DNA of 57,413 nucleotides, the filler included, from Sphacelaria rigidula (Eukaryota): assembly GCA_964200075.2 (NCBI GenBank). It is 8 parts of 8 records of this genome, joined end to end, with 100 filler letters (N's around TTAATTAATTAA, not from the genome) between each part and the next. Parts side by side here need not be neighbours in the genome. Positions count along the whole stretch, not along the records: positions 21,572 to 28,660 come from CAXNAA020016538.1; positions 28,761 to 35,849 come from CAXNAA020016539.1; 6 more parts are not named here. One strand, given 5' to 3'. Positions 21,814 to 34,554 of this stretch are shown one piece after another (position 1 is the stretch's first letter; each line of letters starts with the position of its first letter). The position numbers were made by a program, and so were the translations under genes. The notes under the pieces are model-generated. The model was given only the letters and a program-made list of their open reading frames with translations, ran no database searches and had not been told where the DNA came from.

Positions 21814-23921
21814 CAGCCCACCAACGGTGCACTACTCTAATTTCAAGTATATTAGTGCGCCACTCTAAGTTCAAGTGCACTGATGTGACATATTCGCGCA
21901 CCGAACTCGAGTTGAGGATTTTCACAGATTGCCACGGACAAAAATCACATATACGAGAGTTTGTACTGTTTTGCGAGAGTTTTGTCGATGCATACAAGTG
22001 AACACACTTCGGCCGTCGCGTGATATCATTGGACAAACCCAACCCGACCGCTCCGCGGTTTCCTTTTCGGTACATCCATAACGTATGGTTCTAGAGTCTT
22101 CTTCGGTTTTCCACGGTAAAAATGGCTGCCGTCGGTCTTTCCTGTTTTCATCTTTTCTTCTTTGTCATAACGTGAAATAATGATGCGTCTGGCCCGGGGA
22201 CGGGAGGGGAGGGTTCCAAAAGGATCAACAGAGAATTTCGGGAAACGCTTTTTTGTCATATCAGAGTGCAAATATCTCAGGATCAGAGTCCGGAACAAAA
22301 AAAAAACACCTCATCGAAAAAACTCGAGAGGATACCACATTTGACGGAAGGGGAAATAATTTTTCGTTACACTCTGATCCTGAGATATTGGCACTCTGAA
22401 ATGACAAAAAAGCCGAAACTCTCTAATAATATCTGAAACAGAGGTATCATTAACACACGTGTCAGCAAACTTGCAGGAATTTGTGGTACTGAATATTCTC
22501 GGGGGCGATGAGAAAAGTACTTGTGAATAGAGATTCCGATCCATACTCGACGAGTTTCATTGCGCATTTACGAAGTCCCAATGTCTGATCCGTGACCTTA
22601 TTTCAATCTGCTGCTGACTAATCCGAATACCGTCTGCTGATTTGGCGTTTTGGCGTTTTGGTTTGCTTCAGCCGTGCGAGTAGGGTCGTACATCCATACT
22701 CCGGATCACAGTTGTAATGAACTATGCATGAAACGGTTCGAGGTAGTCAGCGTGTGCGTTGATTTATCATCTCGAGTTGGGTATTATATGAAGCAAAGGA
22801 TGTATCGTTGCCGTTGTGGGGTTGTTGCAGTAAGGATCCACTGGAGCAATATTAACGATTCGTTGCCGATATGCCGATATGCTGATGCGTGGTGTACAGT
22901 AGCTCTCATTCAGCAAACAGCAGGATCATCCCGTGGACGTTGTTCCTCTATTCGTTTGACGTGTCGAGGAGCCGCATGGGGTAAGGATAATGTCCCCCGA
23001 ACCCCTAGCTGTATATTGTATTCGTACAACCATTTACCAGACGCATATTTGTCCCAGAATCTATCGTTCCGCCTTTTATCCCGCAATCCGTGGATTGGAA
23101 ATTGCGACAGACACTCGGATCCGCAACGAAACCGGATATCTGTGGAGGGAAGTTTCTGGTGTTTATCCGAATACGCTGGAAATCCCGACATCTGTTGAAT
23201 TCTCAATACGCGGATTCCGTCTGGATAACTTCCGGAAATCCGTATACCCGATTCGACGGCATATTTGGTGACGGGATTCCATCTCTGAACCCAACCTCGA
23301 GTTCCTCTGTAACAATGCCCCGCACTACCGACAGACCCTGTTGACCGGAAAATGTGGAGATACCGCCAGCGGAGCAGCTTGAGTGTCGTTGTCACCGCGC
23401 TCCGCGAGATTGCCAGGGTTGGGTTCCTCATCGCTTGTAGTGACATAATCTGTTGCCCATCGTGCACAGTACTGTGCTGGATGGAGCTCCTCCAGCTGTA
23501 GTCCAAGATGTTGATAAAATGGAGACAAGTACGATCGTTTATGTGTTGGTGTGCTCCTATCGATGCGATTCAAACTCGGCAACACGACCCCACATCAGTG
23601 ATGTGTCAATATCTCAACCATGCTCTTTCATTTAGCCCCGAGGAGACGAATACCAACACACATTACGATACACTCATTGGCAATTAGCCGTATCAAGAGC
23701 AACTACCAAGAAGCACTCGGGTGGCAGGGTGTTTGAACATGGTTCAGTACTCTATTTTGTATTGTATGCAGAAAGTACATGCAGGCTTTCACTCTTCTGT
23801 TTCTCCACAGTCCGCGTTGACCCATGCCCTTACCCTTGACCCTTCGACGTTGCCGTTGTCATCTCGTCGCCATCTGGTTACGGTGGCTGTACATCTTTGG
23901 TGAACTACCACCCATCTACAG

Positions 23922-25835
23922 CACCGAAAGGATCTGCTTCTGCGGGAATGAATGTGCTCAAGGGTGAGAATTCCGCATACAACATGCCGTGTGTTTTTTG
24001 CCACGACTGCTGACGAGAATGTAACCAGCACAGCCCAGTACAGTTGTGGATTCCCTTCTCTCACTAGTAATGGCAAGAAACACCGGTCACCATCACTCAA
24101 GGTAGTGACTTGGACGCTGTCTTCATCTCACGGTGAGACGGTGCAATATGTAGATGAACATATATTGGAATTCAGTTTACGCGAGAGTGTGTTTTGGGAT
24201 CTTGGGTCCCTTATAAGTTACGTAAAAGTAAGAAGTGTGGAGCGCTTCAAGGCAACAACGCTTCCGGTCCCCGCCCTGTCTCAGTCGCTTGATATGTTGG
24301 TGGTGAAACGGGTAAAACATATTGTGGCCGTCACCCTGCCGGAGGTATCGAGTGTTTCATGTGCTGTGGTCTGTCCTCCGCGCGAATGTACATACGTACA
24401 TACGGTAAGTCAGCTCCGCATGGGCATCTGCCGGATGTCGCCACGAAGTGCTGGGTGTGATAACGTTTTTCGCTGACGCACCAGGACAAGTCTTGTTTGT
24501 TCACACGCCTTATTACAGCTGGATCGCGTGCCCTGTGCCTCGCCTGTACCCACGGTACATTCTCGTGCTCTGTCTCAAAGTAGGATGTAATCACGGTACA
24601 GTGTTGTACTTGTTTATTAATTCGGGATTCTTTCGTGATTCGGGTCATGATCTTTTTCTCTCTATCCTCTCCGCCCCTTGTATTACTTGTACCCTTGTAT
24701 CTTGCATTCTTTTTTATGCAGCGGATGAGGGCAAGCTTGGCACAAAGTTGTACCACGGTGTCAGCCTTGCGCTTTTGGTGGGGGTGCCGTTGGCCTTCGC
24801 AACAAGTCCGTCTGCTATCACGATGCCAGTCGACGTTGTGCTCGGCATTGCAATGCCGGTGCATGCTCACATCGGCATGAACTATGGTGGGTGTTGGCTA
24901 CAGAAACAAAGGGTCACGTCTGCCGGCTTGATGATATCTATGCCAATTTCGGTCTGTTCTGTTCTATTTTATTAGGATTAGGAGTATTTGTCACCACTTG
25001 CTGAACGTTCTGTCTGAGCCTTGAAATATGGTACATGTCTGTTTCTTCACGTTGGATATTGTGCCTTGAGTAACCCTAAGTCCGCTTTGTGCGACGAGGT
25101 GATTTGAGTCACACGAGTCACACGAGTCACAGTGCAGCAGAATGGGAATGTCTGGGACCCCGACACCCAGCCTAGCCACAGTACATGCATGCACTGTGCT
25201 CACGCGACGACGCGGTGAGGGTATTGTTTTCGACGTTGCTTGACTTCACTTGAACTCGCTCGACTGGTACCTCGTCTGCAGTAATCAGCGACTATGTGCC
25301 GCGGGCGTCTAGAGGTCCAGCAAGGGGGGCGATGCTGGCAGCCACAGTCATCGCTACCCTAGGGTTATTGAAGGTCAGTCTATGCTACAATTTTACCAAT
25401 CGCTCGTTCCACTGGCGTTGCGCTCACTAGCTCTTATAGCACTTGATTAGGCAACGTAAAAGTAACGGTTTTATGCTCACGACGTTGATCGACGCTGATA
25501 TATTTGCTATGATGTTCAACTGACAACCGACGAGACGAAGTACAATAGGAAGTGGTTTGCTACCTTCGACTTGGTGATGGAAAGTCGACGTCATCTGCGC
25601 AATATGCAGTCGTATGGCATCTTCAGTACTCTGGAGTTTGATCTTTTGGCTTTGTGTTCGTTCCACGCGTGCCTTGTTCCTTGATCGCCCGATCGCCCGA
25701 TGGCCCGATGCCCGCCCGATGCAGCTTAACGTTGCGGGAGCAGGACTGACGGAGACGCTTAAAGCAACCTGGAAGAAGCCTGAGGCAGATGGCCGAAACA
25801 CAGAGGGAACGTCTACGAATACTAAAATGAAATGA
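23922..25835 (+). CDS. SDH4: Succinate dehydrogenase cytochrome b small subunit (SDH4/SDHD, CybS), 5'-partial. Exons 23922-23963, 24722-24886, 25282-25373, 25725-25835
   Basis: Spliced peptide ...GMNVLKADEGKLGTKLYHGVSLALLVGVPLAF...VDVVLGIAMPVHAHIGMNYVISDYVPRASRGPARGAMLAATVIATLGLLKLNVAGAGLTETLKATWKKP... has the HxHIG...IxDY CybS signature. All introns are GT-AG with compatible phases. The first listed exon is less certain and the start exon was not found. Confidence 0.9.
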
Positions 25836-27289
25836 ACTGACGGATTTCACTTCGTTCTGCAACGCAAATTTGTACAAAAAGCTTTCGCTGTCGGATAGCA
25901 CAGAGAGTTGAAGTAGTTGATGTTGAATGCGAGCGAGCTGATGAGAACAATGCACTCTGTGTAGTCTGCTGTGGACACCATGAGGGTTAGATTGCAATAG
26001 GTTAACGACGTCACCACCTCTATGTGTGATTCTACACCTCCCGTACATGTGGTGCAGTTGCGTCAACCAAGTTATTTCAAGGGGTGTTGATGATAAGCTA
26101 CTCTTCTCGTCTTGGCTGTGCTGCGCATCCCAGGGTCATAAGACAAATACGCGCGTCATGAACAATTGGGAATCAGCGATTGTAGTGAACAACTGCGAGA
26201 CGCGATTTGTGTATGAACGTGATGGAAAGTTTGGGATGACTGGTTTCCGGTGAAGGCCTGTCTATCTGACGACCCAGCGCATACTGCCACAGCACACGGC
26301 ACCATAGCGCCCAATCCGTTTCGTCTCATCGAGTCTACTCTCGTCCATTTTGATCCTTCATGGGGATTGCGTCGGACGAAAATACCCATCTGCTGTCAAT
26401 GCTGCTAGAGGCTGCTTTGAGCGAGGTGTCCCTATTACCCTTGCTTCATTCAAACGGAGTGGATATGAGAATCACACTATCGCAACTTTCATGTACTCGT
26501 AGTTGTAATCGATAGTCAAAGAGCAATATTGTTGGGTAAAATGGCGACATGCAGCTGGCTTACCTCCGAGGTGGTTGAACCGTTCGTTGACCATGGCAAC
26601 GTGAAGAGAAGACGAAAAAGATCGAAGGTAAAAGTGTCACACACACGGCCATACACTGCTCCTTGTAGCAGTCACTGGACATTGGGGCGACCGACGGGAA
26701 GCATGAGACATTCATCACAATGCATGGACGAATTGCGCGATACTTAGTGATGGATAATAGCCGTGACATGAATATAGATTAGGTGAATGTCTGCTACGTG
26801 CTACATATGTACTGAGTATATATGTCCTCTGTGCTACAAGTAAAGTCGGTTATGGGGTGCATATCTCATCCTCCGAACAGAGGTGCCTACGATCCTACGA
26901 TGCCCTTGTATACTTTTCTTCGAAAATATCAAGTTTTATGCAGAGGCTCACGGTAAAGAGATGAAGCGGAATCACAGTTTTCGAGTGTAATCAGGACGAA
27001 ATTGCCCATATTTTGGGGATATGGGGGGAGGGGATATCTCTGGGAAAAGTATTTGAGCATTTGTTGTACAATTGTTTCAGACAAGTCTGTTTTTTTTTTG
27101 TCGACATTCAATCGCCCACTACCGACCACAACCACACTGGGCTCTCCCGTGCACACACCCTCACGTAGCAAACGGTGCGCTCAAGTATCATTGGGCCACC
27201 GTACGCCGTGGCGGTGCAGGATAGCGCTGGCCTTTCCGCCAGGCCACTCAACGGTGCCGAAGGGTATTCTACGTCCGCTCACCGATTGC

Positions 27290-27724
27290 TACGGTGCTGG
27301 TCGAAAAAACTATGGGAAAAGTGCAAAGTTCAGATACAGTAGACGACAACGGGGGGTTCGACCTCTCAAACAAACGGCGGAGTGGGCGGCCGTCGCCTCT
27401 TACTCCAACAAAGACCTCGGCATGCGACGGGCAACAAGCAGGAGCGACCATTTACGCTCAGGCGAGTCTCGAATGAATCAGCTGGAAGATCGGGCTCGAA
27501 TACAGCTCAGGGACTGCGAGGCGGTGTTTCAAGAAAGAAAAACGGAAAGGTGTCTTGGCGCATCAAGCCGGCCTGACACAAACCCTCTCCGAGGCTCAGA
27601 AGAAGCGTCGGGTCGGTTTTGTCTGTGATCAGGGATTCCCAAACGACACGTACGGTAACTCCCTTGACCGAGGAAACGTCATGTATCTGAACGAAAGTTC
27701 TTTTTGTTTCGAGGGAAAACATAT
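27290..27724 (+). pseudogene. Highly degraded Tc1/mariner transposase fragment, possibly resuming at about 28110-28550 after an insertion
   Basis: KRRSGRPSPLTP, LSEAQKKRRVGFV and VMYLNESSF (degenerate first-D motif). Downstream PEHQVLYGYFF weakly resembles the PDLNVLDLGFF motif of DD39D mariners. Confidence 0.6.
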
Positions 27725-28110
27725 CATACTCGAAAGTGAGGTTGAACAATAAAATGAGGTTCGAGCCCACAACAGTGCTTTCCCTGACCCAAAGCCATGA
27801 CAAAGGACTTTGACAGGGACGACCCCATACCTCCTACCTCCCTGAGACTATTCTGGGGGATTTCCCGTCTTCCGTTCCTCCAAACGGCATGCGTGAAAGC
27901 ACTATTTCCAGGCTAAGAATTGTCCTAGGGGGTGTTTTCGCACACACCCTTTGGGGGAACAGAAGACAGGAAACCCCCAAAATAGTTTCAGGAAGGTAAG
28001 GGGGCATGAGGCTGTCATGGAAGTCATTTGTCATAGTTTTAGGTCAGGGGAAGGTCTGTTTTGGATTTGAGCATCATTTTAATGTTCAACCTCATTTTCG
28101 AAATAGTATG
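27725..28110. mobile_element. Fold-back (palindromic) MITE-like element of about 385 bp
   Basis: Left arm CATACTCGAAAGTGAGGTTGAACAATAAAATGA...CCCTGAGACTATTCTGGGGG pairs with right arm CCCCCAAAATAGTTTCAGGA...TCATTTTAATGTTCAACCTCATTTTCGAAATAGTATG. Confidence 0.8.
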
Positions 28111-30351
28111 TTGAGGGGAGAAAGTAGAAGAACGAGAAAAAAATGATCTAGGTCTATGTGAAACAAATAAATAGTAAATATCTCCACAATAGTGAAATAG
28201 TATCATAAGTGGCCGGCACCTGAAGTAGGGCTTCAGAAGCAGACGAGCAAAAGAAATGGCCATGCGCGCATAGAAAAACCTTGTGCACCCATACACAGTA
28301 AACAACGCAAAATGCCGTGAAAGCAGACTGCGGCTCAGCTACTGTGAAACTTTCTATGATAGCCCCCCCCCCCAAAAGTGCATGGTTTTGGGAGGCAAAA
28401 TCTTCGCCGAAATCGAAATGGGAAAAGCCGAGCACAATGAGCAGCTGGGAATAATTCCCACGCTTGAGTTCGTTCTCGCCAATGTTGCCAATATGAGGCA
28501 CTTCCTCCAGCCTGAACATCAGGTGCTGTATGGCTATTTTTTTCGTGACACTTTTGGACTGGTTTGCGGGGGGGGGGACTATCAACAGTGATTTCGTGAG
28601 ATTGAGAGTAGATGATACGATTGAGAGTGAAAAGCGGTCAATCAGTGAATGAATCGTTACNNNNNNNNNNNNNNNNNNNNNNNNNNNNNNNNNNNNNNNN
28701 NNNNTTAATTAATTAANNNNNNNNNNNNNNNNNNNNNNNNNNNNNNNNNNNNNNNNNNNNGACCGCTCACATTAAGGAGCTTAAAGTCTCATCAAATGAG
28801 TGAGCGATTCGAAAATCATCAATCTGAAATGTGCAGTAGCATAGAATCTCGTCGAGGAGAGGAGGATACAAACAAGCCAAGGCTGGCAGCACGCGTGGGG
28901 ATAAGGTGAGTGGCCTGCAAAAAACTGTCCAGAAATTTGACTGAACCGGTTACTAAACGACCCATTCGCCGGTATGGACAATGAATAGGGCACAATAAAA
29001 AGAGTTATGCTTGGACCCGAATACTTTCTTTAATGAGTTTTTTTGGTATCCGTAAAATGCCCTTAAATAATGGAAAGAATATATATATATGTATATATTT
29101 GAGTCCATGCATAATTTTTTTCATTATGCCCTATTGATTGTACATATCAAGTATTACCGTACTGGGCGCCTGAACCATTTATTTTGTAATTTCTTCGTAA
29201 TTGGCAATTTCCCTGGGCTCTGTAGCTTGCTACCGCTGTTCATATGGGGGATCTGAGGATACTTGTACACGCTCCACATTTCAATATTAAGTGACCTACG
29301 GGCTGACCGGTCATCGGGGGTCCTGACATGTTTCAGCCCAGATTCTGACTTTTCGATACTTCCGGTCGATCGAGCCTGCCCTGATCGTATCTGTGAAGAA
29401 ATATACAGGTTTTTGTTTTTGAAACTCTACCTATTCATAGCACTAAAGCCGAAGAACTGTGTTTCATGGTCAATAACACCCTCCTGGTAAACGGGGTATC
29501 TACTCGTATCGCCCGATAACACCAACCAACACTAAGTTAAGCACCGGGGGGAAGATCTGTTTGTTTTACCAAAATCTACCGACGCTAGCATTTTCGAATT
29601 ATATCGAAGAGTAATCGCCAGAAAAACCCTTCTGAAGAAAAACATTTCACGTCCAGTACTATAAATTGTGAATGGGCCTGCAAACTCCAAACCCGCTTCT
29701 AGGCTGGCCCAGCTCGTACCACGAGTACCAACACCATATTCGTGAGATTTAGAGCGTAATATCGGAGTCAGAGTGGATGCTCTAACGTTCCTCACAAGCA
29801 ACTTTTTTATTTTTGCTTGAGCACACGTCCTGCGCATGCAGCTACCGTACAGTACCCCATTCGAGGAATTCGGCGGTCTAGTTGGTGAGATACCGCATAG
29901 AGCATTTTTACGCCTGGGGTGGCATTTCGGAACTGAAACTGTTTCAGGCACTGATCGGTTTTTCCTGAAAGAGGGGATCTTTTGTTCCAATGGACTGACT
30001 ACGTCGTTGCGATCAAGTGATCAAATTGATCGTGTAGGTGACAGCTTTCATTGAAGCCACCGCTTCACCAGCTGGGCGCATTACTCCTCGTACTGTGGAG
30101 ATGTCAAAATCGACGGGAAAGTCAAGTTTTTCGGGTCTCACTCTGAATCCGATGTTACACTCTGAATCTCACGAATATAGTGTTTACTGTTGTCAGGTGC
30201 AGGTCCCATTTCTACCGTCATTTTGTTCGTCGTAATGTGAGTATCTTTATCCTAAACTCAAAACACTCAAATTGGTATAAACATAGCCGGTAACGGCAAA
30301 CTTCGAATATACTGCGGATAAAATGGAGTCCTCATCACCAGTTCCAGTTAA

Positions 30352-30449
30352 CCCATAGACCGCGAGAATAGTCTTTCTGGATCATGCATACTTTTTTTCA
30401 CTTGAAATTGATGCCGATTCAACAGCAGACTAACCTTGCGGTCTAAGGG
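30352..30449 (+). mobile_element. 98-bp piggyBac-type MITE, solo copy. Further solo copies at about 30748-30848 (reverse) and 39620-39726
   Basis: TTAA|CCCATAGACCGCGAG ... CTTGCGGTCTAAGGG|TTAA, that is, CCC/GGG termini flanked by TTAA on both sides. Confidence 0.85.
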
Positions 30450-32799
30450 TTAAACTCCAGTTCCAATCTAATCGTCAGTAGAAACTGGTCCAGTTCACAG
30501 GGCTAAAAAAACACTTGGGGGAGGCGTTTTCAACGAAAAAAGGGGTCCCTTTCTGCCACCTTTTTACACGTCATTTATCGAATTCACACTCTTGAGTATT
30601 ATATATAGTTTTCATAATCGGAAACGTGAATGGCTTTTTCCTCCCCATCGCGTTTGTTCGTTTCCGTTTCTAAATTTGGAATGTGGACACCCCCGAAATT
30701 CAGTACTGCTGTGATATCACAGGCATTAGCTCGGTAGGCTCTTTCAACCATTTGACCGCGAGGGTAGGTCACCTGCGGAATCGGCATCAATTTGACTTGA
30801 CAAGTATATGCGTGATTCAGATGGACTACCCGGACCACGATCTAAGGGTTAAGACCGAAAAGCACATGTTTTTGGCCCAAGAGAGCCTTCGGAGCAAAGG
30901 CCTATAGCGCTGCTTAGCATGAAACTATCATGTTCCCCATCTCTTCTCTACAGGTGAGTAATACTGTAAACATGAGAAAAAACAAAAGTGCTGCCCCTGC
31001 AAGAACCCCACCTACATGGTGAAAAAACGAAGCGGGGAGTCAGGACCGATCGAGCCAATCATCGGCGCGCAACCACGGGTGTTGTATGCAGCAGCAACGA
31101 GCAGCGGAAATTCTCGATGCCAATCAAAAATGAGATCATCCATTTGACCGATGGGGCGTGTCATCGGAGTCGTGCATTTATTTTTCACGACAAAACGGTA
31201 CCGATGCCTGCAGAATAGTAGTGGGAGAACTCTGTACAAGGATCAGTACACTAGCATACATCGGACGCAAAATAAATCCCTGCGCACGACCAAACGGTTA
31301 CATATATTTATACATACATATGCAAGAATAAGGTTGAACAACTGTTGTACTACTCTATACTGTCGCCGCTAACGGTATACGCAACCACGGTGCGGTAGAA
31401 CAAGGGAACGGTGCCGGTTAATACGAGTATGCGCCCATGACTGCTCTGAAAGCTCAACATGGGGAGTTGGTTCATTAGCGAACCTGACAATCCACAAACA
31501 AGGGCAATAATACTGGACTGTTGTTGTCGGCACTCATCGGCAATATTAATTTGTCCCGTGGGTGCATATATATCATGGATCAGGCAAGCAAGCTCCACCG
31601 CAGGCGGATGCATACCGTTGTCGTTATTACGTTACTTCCACATGTTTCACGGATTCGGATCTTCCTAGTTACACGTACTCTAATGACAAGAAAAAAGCGG
31701 AAATCCCTCAATTCTACGCACATTTCGTATGCCGAGCATTAAAATGGCGGAGTCTCTCGAGATAGATTGATCGGGCACTCACGACACGAACGAGCGGAAA
31801 CAAGAAGAGTAAGAACGTTGCAACACTAAACTGTCGATGGTATTCAGTTTCTAGCCCCAGTTAACAAACGTTCTCTCGGGAGATTGAGGGTAGAGCGCTG
31901 ATTTAGAGTCGCCATTTTTTCATTCCGTGTGTGCTTGTCTTTGCCTGTATCACTGGCGTATGCTTACAGCTACTACCGTACACGTCGATACCTGCCCGAC
32001 TCAGGGATATCAAGGGCTTCAGTGGCAAGCTACTACAGAAAGCATATCGGGCATCGTCGAGGGGCATTTCGGAACTGAAACGACTCATTTACTACTTGAC
32101 CGCTTTTCACTCTGAAATTGTATCCTCTACTCTTAACAATCTCACGAAATCATTGTTGGTTGTTGACGTGAGCGAGCATCGCTCAATTCGTAGACGGAGG
32201 TTCAGTTTGTCCACCTCAGGCCTCAAAATAGACGATACAGTACTGTACGGTATACAGTAGAGTATAGTATAGTACATAAGCATCCACATGCTCGGCGGGT
32301 AACAGACCACACGGCAGCCCTTTTTCCATTATCTATGAAGAAGGCATCTTTCTTTAGCCCTTCCATCAATGAAGGCCATTTTCTTGATTTCTGATCGATC
32401 AATCATACCTCGCTAATCCGCGCGCGCCTTGAAGTTTCCCTGACCCAGTGGTCTCGTGAGTTGTGTGGCCTTTGCGAGATTGACTGGAAGCGCTGGTGAG
32501 GGGAGATGTGGTGTGAGTGGAGAGGGTCGGGTAAGGGGACGACGAATGCGAGACAACGGACTGGTCTCGACAAATTAAAAATTGCGGGAAAATTGTCGTT
32601 CCTGTTTTGTTACGCTGGTGGTGTGTATGGCCGTTGCAGAATCTTCAGGAACTAAGGGGAACTTATTATCGTCAACGGGTCTATTTTGTTTTCCGAGGTC
32701 TCCGAAGTTTTTTGGGGGAGGAAAAACTTCTACTAGAAAATTGTGCGAGCATATCACGCACTGCAACCAGGTCAGGCAGTAGATCACTTCAATCATTAC

Positions 32800-33503
32800 A
32801 CCAGGAGAAGGGCGGTCCATCTGTATCATGCATGCCTTTTCCAGGTGAGATTGATGCCGCTTCAACAAATGACACGCTACTCTCGCCGTCTAAGGGTTAA
32901 CCCTTAGACCACGAGGGTAGTCTATCTGGATTGTGCATACATATTTCGGGTAAAATTGATGCCGATTCAACAGATGACCTACTGTCGGCGTCCAAGGGTT
33001 AACCCTTAGACCGCGAGGGTAGTCTATCTGGATCATGCATGATTTTTGCAAGTGAAATTGATGCCGATTGAGCAGGTGACCTACCCGTCGCGGTCAAAGC
33101 ATTAACGCTTAGACCGCGCTGCGGGTAGTCCATCTGGATACACCGCGAGGGTAGGTCACCTTCTGAATCGGCATCAATATTCACTTGAAAAAAGTATGCA
33201 TGATGCAGATGGACTTCCTCAGCGAGGTATTAGGGTTAAATTGAAAATGATGCCGAGCCAACAGATGGCCTATACTCGCGGTCAAAGGGTTAACTCCTAT
33301 ACGGCGAGGGTTTTATCCATCTGAATCATGCACACTTTTTTCGAGTGAAATTGATGCCGAGTCAACAGATGACCTACTCTCGCCGTCAACAGCAGTAAAT
33401 TAACCCTTGGACAGCGACAGCAGGTCATCTGTTGAATCGGCATCAGTTTTACCTGAAAAATGTATGCACGATCCAGATGGACTGCCCTCGCGGTCTAAGG
33501 GTC
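32800..33503. mobile_element. Cluster of about 7 complete or partial piggyBac-type MITE units sharing TTAA junctions, in mixed orientation
   Basis: AAGGG-TTAA-CCCTTAGACC junctions at 32897-32900 and 32999-33002. The core AAATTGATGCCGATTCAACAGATGACCTAC and its reverse complement recur. Confidence 0.88.
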
Positions 33504-34029
33504 AAGACTGACAACGAGTAGAGTTTTTTTCCCGTAAGAGCAACGTCGGGATTGTTTTTCAGCATTTTTTGGTGGGGGGGAAGCCGGGGAGGCGGGGGTA
33601 TACTCATGATCATGCATGCCATAGTCATAAAGATNNNNNNNNNNGTGGTGTGTTCGGCGATTCGCATGAAGGGTGAGCTGCATCCTGCTAAGATTGTTCA
33701 GCCCGAGGTTGGGGGGGACATTTTTGCGGGAAAAGTATAAAATAGAAATGAAACGAAAATTGTTGGTTGTTGTTGTTGTTGTTGTCTTCAGATTGAAAAC
33801 CGTCTCAGCCTAATTACCCCAAATACAAATGCTCCGTAAAATAAGCAAAACAAAGTTGCCCTAACGCGTATTTGTCAGGATTCTTACCCCCTGAAAGCCG
33901 TTTTTCTTGTACCTTCCAGAATCGGAAGGAGTTTCAGTAGACCTCAGGAAATGGACGTAAACAATGGTTGGTACTCGATTTTACTTCATTTCAGAGTCAA
34001 GAAAGTTCTGAGAAATCATGGTCTGGGAC

Positions 34030-34210
34030 AGGTGAGCAGTGGTGGGCAGTAGACCCAGCTCGTCCAGGACGTGTTTTGGTCCGAAATCAGCTGAAAGGGG
34101 TCGATTTGAGCTCTGGCAACGCACACTTTGTGCCGAAGGGACGCTCTTCACCCCCCCGCCCGAAGGTTTTCGGTATGTCTTGGTCGGGGTTAGGGTCAGG
34201 GTTAGCGTTC
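34030..34210. repeat. Dispersed ~170-bp repeat ending in a short (CCCTAA)-like tract. Opposite-orientation copies at about 39783-39930 and 40745-40920
   Basis: CAGGTGAGCAGT..GACCCAGCTCGTCCA matches the reverse complement of TGGACGAGCTGGGTCCACTGCTCACCTG. GGGGTTAGGGTCAGGGTTAG matches the reverse complement of CTAACCCTAACCCC. Confidence 0.75.
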
Positions 34211-34554
34211 AAATTGGCGGCATCTCCATAGTACCAACCATTGTTCACGTACATTTCCTCAGGTCGCCTCAGGAGTTTTGAGTTTTGCATCGTTCGTCGA
34301 ACATTGCGCCGCTATCTCGCGCACCACACAGCTTCCTATTTATTTTTTTGTCTATTGTACTCTATATGTCATTGTTTGAAGAGCCACCAAAATATGCACC
34401 ACAAACGTTTGCGAACTCCGCAGACGTAAAAGTCCAGGAGGGATAATGTCGCACGTAGTAGATTAATGTCGTCGCGAGATCTGACGCGGACGGAACGTTT
34501 CATGATTGGAACGCTTGAATGTTTTCACGAAATCTGGCCCTGGCGAAATGTGTT

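Noticed and set aside
22920-22980. Candidate upstream SDH4 exon ending at G|GTAAGG
   Set aside because: The peptide is not recognisable and no start codon could be linked. It was left out of the gene model.
23030-23290. Cluster of CGGAT/ATCCG motifs ending in CCATCTCTG (hAT-like end)
   Set aside because: No matching opposite TIR or TSD was found, so boundaries cannot be supported.
30940-30960. CTCTTCTCTACAG|GTGAGT, an acceptor directly followed by a donor (recursive-splice-like)
   Set aside because: It could simply be an exon end or chance. No gene model could be attached to it.
32800-33503. Regularly spaced palindromic repeats resembling a CRISPR array
   Set aside because: The sequence between the palindromes is itself repeated (no unique spacers), orientation is mixed, no cas genes are present and the context is eukaryotic. 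It is explained by TTAA-joined MITEs.
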